From Escherichia coli (GTDB lineage Bacteria; Pseudomonadota; Gammaproteobacteria; Enterobacterales; Enterobacteriaceae): a DNA stretch of 64,000 nucleotides. How positions within the stretch are numbered: the first letter of the stretch is position 1; each line of letters begins with the position of its first letter. Below, one piece after another: positions 43,518 through 53,467 of this stretch. The notes beneath the pieces were generated by a model, which saw only the letters and a program-made list of their open reading frames with translations, ran no database searches and had not been told where the DNA came from. The stretch lies in NCBI RefSeq assembly GCF_009931435.1, contig NZ_CP043414.1; one strand, written 5' to 3'. The translations under genes and the position numbers were made by a program.

Positions 43518-44074
43518 TGACGGGAAAACTGATTTGGTTAATGGGGGCCTCTGGCTCCGGAAAAGACAGTCTGTTGACGGAACTCCGCCAGCGGGAACAA
43601 ACTCAGCTACTGGTAGCGCATCGCTACATCACGCGCGCCGCCAGCGCCGGAAGTGAAAACCATATCGCCCTGAGCGAGCAGGAGTTTTTTACCCGCGCGG
43701 GGCAGAACCTTCTGGCCTTAAGCTGGCACGCCAACGGCCTGTATTATGGCATCGGCGTCGAGATTGACCTCTGGCTACACGCCGGATTCGACGTGGTGGT
43801 CAACGGCTCACGCGCGCATTTGCCGCAGGCGCGGGCGCGCTATCAATCGGCTCTGCTGCCTATCTGTTTACAGGTGTCACCGGAGATCCTGCGCCAGCGT
43901 CTGGAAAACCGTGGTCGTGAAAATGCCAGTGAAATTAACGCCCGGCTGGCGCGCGCTGCCCGCTATACTCCTCAGGATTGTCTTACGCTCAATAATGACG
44001 GCAGCCTGCGCCAGTCGGTCGACAAGCTGCTGACGCTGATTCATCAGAAGGAGAAACACCATGCCTGCTTGTGA
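43517..44074 (+). CDS. phnN: Ribose 1,5-bisphosphate phosphokinase PhnN
   Basis: 185-aa ORF with P-loop GASGSGKDS; overlaps the phnM stop. Confidence 0.9.
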   Translation: MTGKLIWLMGASGSGKDSLLTELRQREQTQLLVAHRYITRAASAGSENHIALSEQEFFTRAGQNLLALSWHANGLYYGIGVEIDLWLHAGFDVVVNGSRAHLPQARARYQSALLPICLQVSPEILRQRLENRGRENASEINARLARAARYTPQDCLTLNNDGSLRQSVDKLLTLIHQKEKHHACL

Positions 44075-44495
44075 GCTTCGTCCGGCCACGCAGTACGACA
44101 CCGACGCGGTTTACGCGCTGATTTGTGAGCTAAAACAGGCGGAGTTTGACCACCATGCGTTTCGCGTGGGCTTTAACGCCAACCTGCGCGACCCGAACAT
44201 GCGCTACCATCTGGCGCTGCTGGAAGGCGAAGTTGTCGGCATGATCGGCCTGCATTTGCAGTTTCATCTGCATCATGTCAACTGGATCGGCGAAATTCAG
44301 GAACTGGTGGTGATGCCGCAGGCGCGCGGTCTGAACGTCGGCAGTAAATTACTGGCATGGGCCGAAGAAGAAGCCCGCCAGGCCGGGGCCGAAATGACCG
44401 AGCTTTCCACCAACGTCAAGCGCCACGACGCGCACCGTTTCTATCTGCGCGAAGGCTACGAGCAGAGCCACTTCCGCTTCACCAAGGCGCTGTAA
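44061..44495 (+). CDS. phnO: Aminoalkylphosphonate N-acetyltransferase PhnO (GNAT)
   Basis: 144-aa ORF overlapping phnN by 14 nt. Confidence 0.9.
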   Translation: MPACELRPATQYDTDAVYALICELKQAEFDHHAFRVGFNANLRDPNMRYHLALLEGEVVGMIGLHLQFHLHHVNWIGEIQELVVMPQARGLNVGSKLLAWAEEEARQAGAEMTELSTNVKRHDAHRFYLREGYEQSHFRFTKAL

Positions 44496-44496
44496 C

Positions 44497-45255
44497 ATGA
44501 GCCTGACCCTCACACTTACTGGCACTGGCGGCGCACAGGGTGTTCCCGCATGGGGCTGTGAGTGCGCGGCCTGCGCCAGAGCGCGGCGCTCACCGCAGTA
44601 TCGCCGCCAGCCATGCAGCGGCGTCGTGAAGTTTAACGACGCGATCACCCTGATCGACGCCGGACTGCACGATCTCGCCGATCGCTGGTCGCCCGGATCG
44701 TTCCAGCAGTTTTTGCTGACGCACTACCATATGGATCACGTGCAGGGGCTGTTTCCGCTGCGCTGGGGCGTGGGCGATTCGATCCCGGTCTACGGCCCGC
44801 CGGATGAACAGGGCTGCGACGATCTGTTTAAACATCCGGGCCTGCTTGATTTCAGCCACACGGTGGAGCCATTTGTGATGTTTGATTTGCAGGGATTACA
44901 GGTCACGCCGCTGCCGCTCAACCATTCGAAACTCACTTTCGGCTATCTACTGGAAACGGCACATAGCCGGGTGGCGTGGCTGTCTGACACCGCAGGCCTG
45001 CCGGAAAAAACGGTGAAATTTTTATGCAATAATCAGCCACAGGTAATGGTGATTGATTGCTGCCACCCACCGCGCGCGAATTCGCCACGCAATCACTGTG
45101 ATTTAAACACCGTGCTGGCGCTGAATGAAGTTATCCGCTCGCCGTGCGTGGTTCTGACACATATCAGCCATCAGTTTGATGCGTGGCTGATGGAGAACAT
45201 ACTGCCGTCAGGGTTTGAGGCGGGGTTTGATGGGATGGAGATTGGGGTGGAGTGA
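44497..45255 (+). CDS. phnP: Metallo-beta-lactamase-fold cyclic phosphodiesterase PhnP
   Basis: 252-aa ORF with HxHxDH motif ([10 protein letters not shown]). Confidence 0.9.
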   Translation: MSLTLTLTGTGGAQGVPAWGCECAACARARRSPQYRRQPCSGVVKFNDAITLIDAGLHDLADRWSPGSFQQFLLTHYHMDHVQGLFPLRWGVGDSIPVYGPPDEQGCDDLFKHPGLLDFSHTVEPFVMFDLQGLQVTPLPLNHSKLTFGYLLETAHSRVAWLSDTAGLPEKTVKFLCNNQPQVMVIDCCHPPRANSPRNHCDLNTVLALNEVIRSPCVVLTHISHQFDAWLMENILPSGFEAGFDGMEIGVE

Positions 45256-45289
45256 TGGGTGAGGGGCGATGCCTGCTCTAAACTCAACA

Positions 45290-45598
45290 TCACCGCCCAT
45301 ACTCATCTTCCATTCTCCGCTCTTCATCTTCTAGCTGCCGACGCTCCTGATCCAGCTGGCGCTGGCGATCGTCCAGCTGCCTGCGGCGATCTTCATATTG
45401 TCTGCGCCGATCGTCGTTCACTTCACGCTGCCAGCCGTCGTCGCGCCAATCTTCATAGTCTCGCCCACGGTCAGGGTTATAAGCATCGTTAATCGCCTGC
45501 TGAATATTGCCAATGGTGTCGTCGATAATATCGGCCTGGGCCGGAACGGTGGACAGCGTGAGCAGGGTGAATAAAAGAAATAGCGGAAAACGTTTCAT
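45290..45598 (-). CDS. yjdP: Small secreted low-complexity protein YjdP (Arg/Asp/Glu/Gln-rich)
   Basis: 102-aa ORF with signal peptide (MKRFPLFLLFTLLTLSTVPAQA) and charged repeats (RRRQYEDRRRQLDDRQRQLDQERRQLEDEE). Confidence 0.8.
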   Translation of the reverse strand: MKRFPLFLLFTLLTLSTVPAQADIIDDTIGNIQQAINDAYNPDRGRDYEDWRDDGWQREVNDDRRRQYEDRRRQLDDRQRQLDQERRQLEDEERRMEDEYGR

Positions 45599-45666
45599 TA
45601 GCCAACCTCAAAAAGAAACTCTATCCACATTAGTCATTACTCATCCATGCAAGTAGTGGATGAATC

Positions 45667-45984
45667 TCAATTTTTCCGCTGCTCTATTGCCGTAATCGCC
45701 TCCACGCGTTGTTGATGACGACCGCCTTCGTACTGCGCGCCCAGCCACGCATCCACAATCATTTTTGCCAGTTCGAGGCCAACCACTCGTGAACCAAAAG
45801 CCAGTGCAACTTCACTGGCGTAATGCGGATAATCAGTGCGCTCTGACGACCTGGTTTCTTTATCAATCCCCTCACTCATTGACCATGAATAAAAGGCTGG
45901 CACAGCAACGCAGAATCCTGCGGTGCCAGCGACATGACCGCCCATTGCTCCGGTACGTTTTTTAATAAGAAACACCGGTTGCAT
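45667..45984 (-). pseudogene. rpiB: rpiB-like remnant: the C-terminal ~45 residues and a short N-proximal block match ribose-5-phosphate isomerase B, but the central part is missing and the N-terminus is diverged
   Basis: Translation ...ETRSSERTDYPHYASEVALAFGSRVVGLELAKMIVDAWLGAQYEGGRHQQRVEAITAIEQRKN matches RpiB segments as I recall them, but the ORF is 105 aa against ~149 aa for RpiB, with no match to the central catalytic region. Confidence 0.55.
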
Positions 45985-46236
45985 TGATTAATTGTGCTCA
46001 GTATTTGCCGAAGTACAATATATATAATAAATATATAAAACACCTCATATTATTTACAGAGATAATAAATTCGCGTACTTTTCCCTCTTCAGCACAAATG
46101 CCTAATAAAATGGCTCGTTCCGCTCACACTTCCACTTATTAAAATCGCAATTTCCCAATTATGATAACGCCAGCTTTAAATGACGTATTTTGCATGGATT
46201 ACATATTTACGACACAAATGATAAATGGAGATTTAT

Positions 46237-48222
46237 ATGAATAACTCTCGGTTATTCCGTTTGAGCAGGATTGTTATTGCGTTAACTGCCGCCAGCGGCA
46301 TGATGGTAAATACCGCTCACGCAACAGATGAAGCGAAAGCCGCCACTCAATATACCCAACAGGTTAATCAGAATTACGCCAAATCATTACCGTTTAGCGA
46401 TCGTCAGGATTTTGACGATGCCCAGCGCGGATTTATCGCCCCGCTGCTGGATGAAGGTATTCTGCGCGATGCGAATGGCAAAGTTTACTACCGCGCGAAT
46501 GATTACAAATTTGATATTAATGCCGCTGCGCCGGAAACCGTAAACCCCAGCCTGTGGCGTCAGTCGCAGATCAACGGCATTTCTGGTCTGTTCAAAGTCA
46601 CCGATAAAATGTATCAGGTGCGCGGCCAGGATATCTCTAACATTACATTCGTTGAGGGCGAGAAAGGCATTATTGTTATCGACCCACTGGTGACGCCGCC
46701 TGCCGCAAAAGCCGCACTTGACCTTTACTTCCAGCATCGTCCGCAAAAACCGATTGTTGCTGTTATTTACACCCACAGCCACGCCGACCATTATGGCGGT
46801 GTGAAAGGCATTATCTCTGAAGCGGATGTTAAATCTGGCAAAGTGCAGGTGATCGCTCCGGCAGGCTTTATGGACGAAGCCATCAGCGAAAACGTGCTGG
46901 CGGGTAACATCATGAGCCGCCGTGCGCTCTACTCTTACGGTCTGTTACTGCCGCACAACGCGCAAGGCAACGTGGGCAACGGCCTGGGCGTGACGCTGGC
47001 AACGGGCGACCCGAGCATTATTGCGCCAACCAAAACGATTGTCAGAACTGGCGAGAAGATGATTATCGACGGCCTGGAGTTTGACTTCCTGATGACTCCG
47101 GGTAGCGAAGCGCCAGCCGAAATGCACTTCTATATTCCGGCCCTGAAAGCCCTGTGTACCGCCGAAAACGCCACGCATACCCTGCACAACTTCTACACCC
47201 TGCGCGGCGCGAAAACCCGCGATACCAGCAAGTGGACAGAGTATCTGAACGAAACGCTGGATATGTGGGGTAACGACGCGGAAGTACTGTTTATGCCGCA
47301 CACCTGGCCGGTCTGGGGCAATAAGCATATCAATGATTATATTGGTAAATATCGCGATACTATCAAATACATTCACGACCAGACCCTGCACCTGGCGAAC
47401 CAGGGTTACACCATGAATGAAATTGGCGACATGATTAAGCTGCCACCTGCGCTTGCCAATAACTGGGCCAGCCGCGGCTATTACGGTTCTGTTAGCCACA
47501 ACGCCCGTGCAGTGTATAACTTCTATCTCGGCTATTATGACGGCAATCCAGCTAACCTACATCCGTACGGTCAGGTGGAGATGGGCAAACGTTACGTGAA
47601 AGCGCTGGGCGGTTCCGCCCGTGTCATCAACCTGGCGCAAGAAGCGAACAAGCAAGGGGATTACCGCTGGTCAGCAGAGTTGCTGAAACAGGTGATTGCC
47701 GCCAATCCGGGTGACCAGGTGGCGAAGAATCTGCAAGCGAATAACTTTGAACAGCTGGGCTATCAGGCCGAGTCCGCCACCTGGCGCGGTTTCTACCTGA
47801 CCGGCGCAAAAGAGCTGCGCGAAGGGGTGCATAAGTTCAGCCACGGCACCACGGGTTCTCCGGACACCCTTCGCGGGATGTCGGTCGAAATGCTGTTCGA
47901 CTTTATGGCCGTTCGCCTCGATAGCGCGAAAGCCGCAGGTAAGAATATCAGCCTGAACTTCAATATGAGCAACGGCGATAACCTCAACCTGACGCTGAAC
48001 GATAGCGTGCTTAACTACCGTAAAACGCTGCAACCTGAAGCCAACGCCTCTTTCTACATCAGCCGTGAAGATCTTCACGCCGTGCTGACCGGACAAGCCA
48101 AAATGGCGGATCTGGTAAAAGCGAAGAAAGCCAAAATTATTGGCAATGGCGCGAAACTGGAAGAAATTATTGCCTGTCTGGATAATTTCGATTTGTGGGT
48201 GAATATCGTAACCCCAAATTAA
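46237..48222 (+). CDS. yjcS: Putative alkyl/aryl sulfatase (metallo-beta-lactamase fold) YjcS
   Basis: 661 aa from the ATG at 46237 ([29 protein letters not shown], signal peptide); HxHxDH motif ([10 protein letters not shown]). Confidence 0.9.
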   Translation: MNNSRLFRLSRIVIALTAASGMMVNTAHATDEAKAATQYTQQVNQNYAKSLPFSDRQDFDDAQRGFIAPLLDEGILRDANGKVYYRANDYKFDINAAAPETVNPSLWRQSQINGISGLFKVTDKMYQVRGQDISNITFVEGEKGIIVIDPLVTPPAAKAALDLYFQHRPQKPIVAVIYTHSHADHYGGVKGIISEADVKSGKVQVIAPAGFMDEAISENVLAGNIMSRRALYSYGLLLPHNAQGNVGNGLGVTLATGDPSIIAPTKTIVRTGEKMIIDGLEFDFLMTPGSEAPAEMHFYIPALKALCTAENATHTLHNFYTLRGAKTRDTSKWTEYLNETLDMWGNDAEVLFMPHTWPVWGNKHINDYIGKYRDTIKYIHDQTLHLANQGYTMNEIGDMIKLPPALANNWASRGYYGSVSHNARAVYNFYLGYYDGNPANLHPYGQVEMGKRYVKALGGSARVINLAQEANKQGDYRWSAELLKQVIAANPGDQVAKNLQANNFEQLGYQAESATWRGFYLTGAKELREGVHKFSHGTTGSPDTLRGMSVEMLFDFMAVRLDSAKAAGKNISLNFNMSNGDNLNLTLNDSVLNYRKTLQPEANASFYISREDLHAVLTGQAKMADLVKAKKAKIIGNGAKLEEIIACLDNFDLWVNIVTPN

Positions 48223-48229
48223 TGCCACT

Positions 48230-48270
48230 CACTTTTGGGGGCGCTTAAGCCCCCAAAAGTATTTATTTTA
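48230..48270 (+). terminator. Rho-independent terminator after yjcS
   Basis: cttttgggggc / gcccccaaaag inverted repeat followed by a T-rich tract (tatttatttt). Confidence 0.65.
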
Positions 48271-48430
48271 AAAATACATACAACCAATTAATACATAAAA
48301 TATATAAGTTATGAATGCGGTGGCTGAATAAAGCTATTTTTATTCATCGAGAAAATAGCCATACTGACGCCTTCAATGGATATTGATATTCACTACAGAT
48401 ATTGTTCGCAGCAGACAGGATGTATTTAAT

Positions 48431-48706
48431 ATGCCAACAGTTCTCTCTCGCATGGCGATGCAACTCAAAAAAACAGCCTGGATAATTCCCGTCTTCATGG
48501 TTTCGGGATGCTCATTATCTCCGGCAATCCCGGTGATCGGCGCTTATTATCCCAGCTGGTTTTTCTGCGCCATTGCCAGCCTTATTTTGACGCTCATCAC
48601 GAGGCGAATTATTCAGCGGGCAAATATCAATCTGGCATTTGTCGGAATTATTTATACCGCCCTTTTTGCTCTCTACGCCATGCTGTTCTGGCTGGCATTT
48701 TTCTAA
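48431..48706 (+). CDS. ytcA: Small lipoprotein-like membrane protein YtcA
   Basis: 91 aa from the ATG at 48431 (MPTVLSRMAMQLKKTAWIIPVFMVSGCSL...), lipobox-like SGC; directly upstream of mdtN. Confidence 0.75.
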   Translation: MPTVLSRMAMQLKKTAWIIPVFMVSGCSLSPAIPVIGAYYPSWFFCAIASLILTLITRRIIQRANINLAFVGIIYTALFALYAMLFWLAFF

Positions 48707-48724
48707 TCTATTTGAGACGCGCTC

Positions 48725-49756
48725 ATGGAAAGTACGCCGAAAAAAGCTCCTCGCAGTAAATTCCCTGCTCTGTTAGTGGTTGCGTTGGCGCTGGTTGCCC
48801 TTGTTTTCGTTATCTGGCGCGTAGACAGTGCGCCATCAACTAATGACGCCTACGCGTCAGCAGATACCATTGATGTGGTGCCGGAAGTCAGCGGTCGCAT
48901 TGTAGAACTGGCGGTCACCGACAACCAGGCGGTGAAACAGGGCGATTTGCTGTTCCGCATCGACTCGCGCCCGTACGAAGCCAATCTGGCGAAAGCCGAA
49001 GCCTCCCTCGCGGCGCTGGATAAGCAAATTATGCTCACCCAGCGTAGCGTTGACGCACAACAGTTTGGTGCCGACTCGGTTAATGCCACGGTAGAAAAAG
49101 CCCGTGCCGCCGCGAAACAGGCCAGTGATACATTACGCCGCACCGAGCCATTACTGAAAGAAGGTTTCGTCTCAGCGGAAGACGTTGACCGTGCAAGAAC
49201 GGCGCAGCGCGCCGCAGAAGCAGATCTTAATGCCGTATTGTTGCAGGCGCAGTCAGCCGCCAGCGCCGTCAGCGGCGTGGATGCGCTGGTGGCGCAACGT
49301 GCGGCAGTGGAAGCGGATATTGCGTTGACGAAACTGCATCTGGAAATGGCGACCGTTCGCGCGCCGTTTGATGGCCGAGTCATTTCCCTCAAAACCTCGG
49401 TTGGGCAATTTGCTTCTGCCATGCGCCCTATTTTCACCCTAATCGACACTCGTCACTGGTACGTGATCGCCAACTTCCGCGAAACCGATCTGAAAAATAT
49501 TCGCTCGGGTACACCCGCAACGATTCGCCTGATGAGCGACAGCGGCAAAACCTTCGAGGGTAAAGTGGATTCGATTGGCTACGGCGTGCTACCGGATGAC
49601 GGCGGTCTGGTGCTGGGCGGCCTGCCGAAAGTGTCTCGTTCTATTAACTGGGTCCGCGTTGCCCAGCGTTTTCCGGTCAAAATCATGGTTGAAAAACCTG
49701 ACCCGGAAATGTTCCGCATCGGCGCTTCGGCAGTCGCTAATCTTGAGCCGCAATAA
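48725..49756 (+). CDS. mdtN: Efflux pump membrane-fusion (periplasmic adaptor) protein
   Basis: 343-aa ORF with N-terminal TM anchor and coiled-coil; matches MdtN. Confidence 0.9.
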   Translation: MESTPKKAPRSKFPALLVVALALVALVFVIWRVDSAPSTNDAYASADTIDVVPEVSGRIVELAVTDNQAVKQGDLLFRIDSRPYEANLAKAEASLAALDKQIMLTQRSVDAQQFGADSVNATVEKARAAAKQASDTLRRTEPLLKEGFVSAEDVDRARTAQRAAEADLNAVLLQAQSAASAVSGVDALVAQRAAVEADIALTKLHLEMATVRAPFDGRVISLKTSVGQFASAMRPIFTLIDTRHWYVIANFRETDLKNIRSGTPATIRLMSDSGKTFEGKVDSIGYGVLPDDGGLVLGGLPKVSRSINWVRVAQRFPVKIMVEKPDPEMFRIGASAVANLEPQ

Positions 49757-51807
49757 TGAGCGCGCTCAACTCCCTGCCATTACCGGTGGTCAGGCTGCTG
49801 GCGTTCTTTCATGAAGAGTTAAGCGAGCGGCGACCAGGCCGCGTGCCGCAGACTATGCAACTCTGGGTAGGCTGCTTGCTGGTGATTCTGATCTCGATGA
49901 CTTTTGAGATCCCTTTTGTGGCGTTATCACTGGCAGTGCTGTTTTACGGTATTCAGTCGAACGCGTTTTACACCAAATTTGTCGCGATCTTGTTTGTGGT
50001 CGCCACGATGCTGGAAATCGCCAGCCTGTTTTTGATCTACAAATGGTCATATGGCGAACCGTTGATCCGATTGATCATTGCCGGACCGATCCTGATGGGC
50101 TGTATGTTTTTGATGCGCACCCATCGGTTGGGGCTGGTCTTTTTCGCCGTCGCCATTGTCGCTATTTACGGGCAAACCTTCCCCGCCATGCTCGACTATC
50201 CGGAAGTGGTCGTGCGCTTAACGCTGTGGTGTATCGTTGTCGGCCTCTACCCGACGTTATTGATGACGTTAATCGGCGTGCTGTGGTTTCCCAGCCGTGC
50301 TATCACGCAGATGCATCAGGTGCTTAATGATCGGCTTGATGATGCCATTAGCCACCTGACGGACAGCCTCGCACCGCTACCCGAAACGCGGATTGAAAGA
50401 GAGGCGCTGGCGCTGCAAAAACTCAATGTCTTTTGCCTCGCGGACGATGCCAACTGGCGAACTCAGAGCGCATGGTGGCAAAGCTGCGTGGCAACGGTAA
50501 CCTACATTTACTCGACGCTGAATCGCTACGATCCCACCTCTTTTGCTGATTCTCAGGCAATTATTGAATTTCGGCAAAAATTAGCCTCAGAAATCAACAA
50601 ACTGCAGCATGCCATTGCCGAAGGTCAGCGCTGGCAAAGCGACTGGCGGATCACTGAAAGTGAAGCGATGGCGGCACGGGAATGTAACCTGGAGAATATC
50701 TGCCAGACATTGTTGCAACTGGGTCAGATGGACCCAAATACGCCGCCAACGCCCGCCGCCAAACCGCCATCAATGGTCGCCGATGCTTTTACCAATCCAG
50801 ACTATATGCGCTACGCGGTAAAAACGCTGCTCGCCTGTTTGATCTGTTACACCTTCTACAGCGGCGTGGACTGGGAAGGCATTCACACCTGTATGCTGAC
50901 CTGCGTGATCGTCGCTAACCCCAATGTCGGTTCGTCGTACCAGAAGATGGTGTTGCGTTTTGGCGGGGCTTTTTCCGGCGCAATTCTGGCGCTGTTATTC
51001 ACGCTACTGGTCATGCCCTGGCTGGACAATATTGTCGAATTGCTATTTGTGCTGGCACCGATTTTCCTGTTAGGCGCATGGATTGCCACCAGCTCTGAAC
51101 GCTCTTCTTATATCGGCACACAGATGGTGGTCACCTTCGCGCTCGCCACGCTCGAAAACGTTTTTGGCCCGGTGTACGACCTGGTGGAAATTCGCGATCG
51201 CGCCCTGGGTATCATCATTGGTACCGTGGTGTCCGCGGTGATTTACACCTTTGTCTGGCCTGAAAGTGAAGCGCGCACACTGCCGCAAAAACTGGCTGGC
51301 GCGCTGGGTATGTTGAGTAAAGTAATGCGGATCCCACGCCAGCAGGAAGTCACGGCTCTGCGCACTTATCTGCAAATTCGTATAGGTCTGCATGCGGCGT
51401 TTAATGCCTGTGAAGAGATGTGCCAACGCGTGGCGCTGGAGCGTCAACTGGACAGCGAAGAACGCGCGTTACTGATTGAACGTTCGCAAACGGTTATTCG
51501 TCAGGGCCGCGATATTCTTCACGCCTGGGATGCAACCTGGAACTCGGCGCAGGCGCTGGATAACGCACTACAGCCGGACAGAGCAGGCCTGTTTGCCGAC
51601 GCACTGGAGAAATACGCCGCCGGCCTGGCAAGCGCATTCAGTCGTTCTCCTCAAATAACGCTTGAAGAAACACCCGCCTCGCAGGCCATTCTGCCGACCT
51701 TATTAAAACAGGAGCAACACGTCTGCCAGCTTTTCGCCCGCTTGCCAGACTGGACAGCCCCGGCATTAACGCCCGCCACGGAACAGGCACAAGGAGCCAC
51801 GCAATGA
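49756..51807 (+). CDS. mdtO: Efflux pump inner-membrane component (FUSC/aromatic acid exporter family)
   Basis: 683-aa polytopic membrane ORF overlapping the mdtN stop; matches MdtO. Confidence 0.9.
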   Translation: MSALNSLPLPVVRLLAFFHEELSERRPGRVPQTMQLWVGCLLVILISMTFEIPFVALSLAVLFYGIQSNAFYTKFVAILFVVATMLEIASLFLIYKWSYGEPLIRLIIAGPILMGCMFLMRTHRLGLVFFAVAIVAIYGQTFPAMLDYPEVVVRLTLWCIVVGLYPTLLMTLIGVLWFPSRAITQMHQVLNDRLDDAISHLTDSLAPLPETRIEREALALQKLNVFCLADDANWRTQSAWWQSCVATVTYIYSTLNRYDPTSFADSQAIIEFRQKLASEINKLQHAIAEGQRWQSDWRITESEAMAARECNLENICQTLLQLGQMDPNTPPTPAAKPPSMVADAFTNPDYMRYAVKTLLACLICYTFYSGVDWEGIHTCMLTCVIVANPNVGSSYQKMVLRFGGAFSGAILALLFTLLVMPWLDNIVELLFVLAPIFLLGAWIATSSERSSYIGTQMVVTFALATLENVFGPVYDLVEIRDRALGIIIGTVVSAVIYTFVWPESEARTLPQKLAGALGMLSKVMRIPRQQEVTALRTYLQIRIGLHAAFNACEEMCQRVALERQLDSEERALLIERSQTVIRQGRDILHAWDATWNSAQALDNALQPDRAGLFADALEKYAAGLASAFSRSPQITLEETPASQAILPTLLKQEQHVCQLFARLPDWTAPALTPATEQAQGATQ

Positions 51808-53270
51808 TCAATCGTCAACTTTCACGCCTGCTGTTGTGCAGCATTCTCGGCAGCACGACGCTGATTTCCGGCTGTGCCCTGGTACGTAAGGATTCTGCGC
51901 CTCATCAACAGCTCAAACCGGAACAAATCAAACTGGCCGATGATATTCATCTTGCCAGCTCCGGTTGGCCGCAGGCGCAGTGGTGGAAACAACTCAATGA
52001 CCCGCAGTTGGATGCTTTGATCCAACGGACGCTAAGTGGTTCACACACCCTCGCCGAAGCGAAACTGCGGGAAGAAAAAGCGCAGTCGCAGGCCGATTTG
52101 TTAGATGCCGGTTCACAATTACAGGTCGCAGCGTTAGGGATGCTCAACCGCCAACGTGTCTCGGCGAACGGCTTTTTAAGCCCTTATGCTATGGATGCGC
52201 CAGCACTGGGTATGGACGGGCCGTACTATACGGAAGCCACAGTCGGTTTGTTTGCCGGACTGGATCTTGATTTGTGGGGTGTGCATCGCTCAGCGGTTGC
52301 CGCCGCCATTGGCGCGCATAATGCAGCGCTGGCAGAAACCGCAGCAGTAGAGCTATCGCTGACCACGGGCGTAGCGCAGCTTTATTACAGTATGCAGGCC
52401 AGCTATCAGATGCTCGATCTGTTAGAACAAACTCGCGATGTGATTGATTACGCGGTGAAAGCGCACCAGAGCAAAGTGGCGCACGGCCTGGAAGCGCAAG
52501 TGCCTTTCCACGGCGCGCGGGCGCAGATTCTGGCGGTCGATAAACAAATTGCTGCCGTTAAAGGGCAAATCACCGAAACGCGAGAATCTCTGCGTGCATT
52601 GATTGGCGCAGGAGCCAGCGATATGCCGGAGATCAAAGCGGTGGCATTACCGCAAGTCCAGACCGGTATTCCGGCGACACTCTCTTATGAGTTGCTCGCC
52701 AGACGCCCGGATCTGCAAGCCATGCGTTGGTATGTTCAGGCGTCATTAGATCAGGTGGATTCCGCGCGGGCGCTGTTCTACCCGAGCTTTGATATCAAAG
52801 CATTTTTCGGCCTTGATGCCATCCACCTGGATACCTTATTCAAAAAAACCAGTCGCCAGTTCAATTTCATTCCTGGTCTGAAATTACCGCTGTTTGATGG
52901 TGGACGGTTGAATGCCAATCTCGAAGGCACGCGCGCCGCCAGCAACATGATGATTGAACGTTACAACCAGTCAGTACTGAATGCGGTGCGCGACGTTGCA
53001 GTCAACGGCACGCGTCTGCAAACGCTCAACGACGAGCGGGAGATGCAGGCAGAACGCGTAGAAGCAACGCGCTTCACCCAGCGCGCTGCCGACGCCGCCT
53101 ACCAACGAGGCTTAACCAGTCGCTTACAGGCCACCGAAGCCCAGTTGCCGGTGCTTGCCGAAGAGATGTCATTACTGATGCTGGACAGCCGCCGGGTGAT
53201 CCAAAGCATTCAGTTGATGAAATCGCTGGGTGGCGGGTATCAGGCGGCTCCCGTCGTCGAGAAAAAATAA
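51804..53270 (+). CDS. mdtP: Efflux pump outer-membrane factor lipoprotein
   Basis: 488-aa ORF with lipoprotein signal (LISGCALV); OMF/TolC-like; 4-nt overlap with mdtO. Confidence 0.9.
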   Translation: MINRQLSRLLLCSILGSTTLISGCALVRKDSAPHQQLKPEQIKLADDIHLASSGWPQAQWWKQLNDPQLDALIQRTLSGSHTLAEAKLREEKAQSQADLLDAGSQLQVAALGMLNRQRVSANGFLSPYAMDAPALGMDGPYYTEATVGLFAGLDLDLWGVHRSAVAAAIGAHNAALAETAAVELSLTTGVAQLYYSMQASYQMLDLLEQTRDVIDYAVKAHQSKVAHGLEAQVPFHGARAQILAVDKQIAAVKGQITETRESLRALIGAGASDMPEIKAVALPQVQTGIPATLSYELLARRPDLQAMRWYVQASLDQVDSARALFYPSFDIKAFFGLDAIHLDTLFKKTSRQFNFIPGLKLPLFDGGRLNANLEGTRAASNMMIERYNQSVLNAVRDVAVNGTRLQTLNDEREMQAERVEATRFTQRAADAAYQRGLTSRLQATEAQLPVLAEEMSLLMLDSRRVIQSIQLMKSLGGGYQAAPVVEKK

Positions 53271-53399
53271 AATGTCAGCCGCGTGATGGCTGTCACGCGG
53301 TATTTCGTTTCGTCACGTCAAAACTGACGACAGCCTGTTTTTCGTCAGAGTTTTGAACAAATAGTGCCCGTAATATCAGGGAATGACCCCAAATAAAAT

Positions 53400-53416
53400 G
53401 TGGCATAAAAGATGCA
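53400..53416 (+). promoter_or_regulatory. Sigma54 (-24/-12) promoter of fdhF
   Basis: TGGCATaaaagaTGCAT matches the TGGCAC-N5-TTGCA consensus, about 50 bp upstream of the fdhF ATG; upstream repeats (gtcaaaactgacga ... cgtcagagttttgaac) are consistent with an FhlA UAS. Confidence 0.6.
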
Positions 53417-53467
53417 TACTGTAGTCGAGAGCGCGTATGCGTGATTTGATTAACTGGAGCGAGACCG

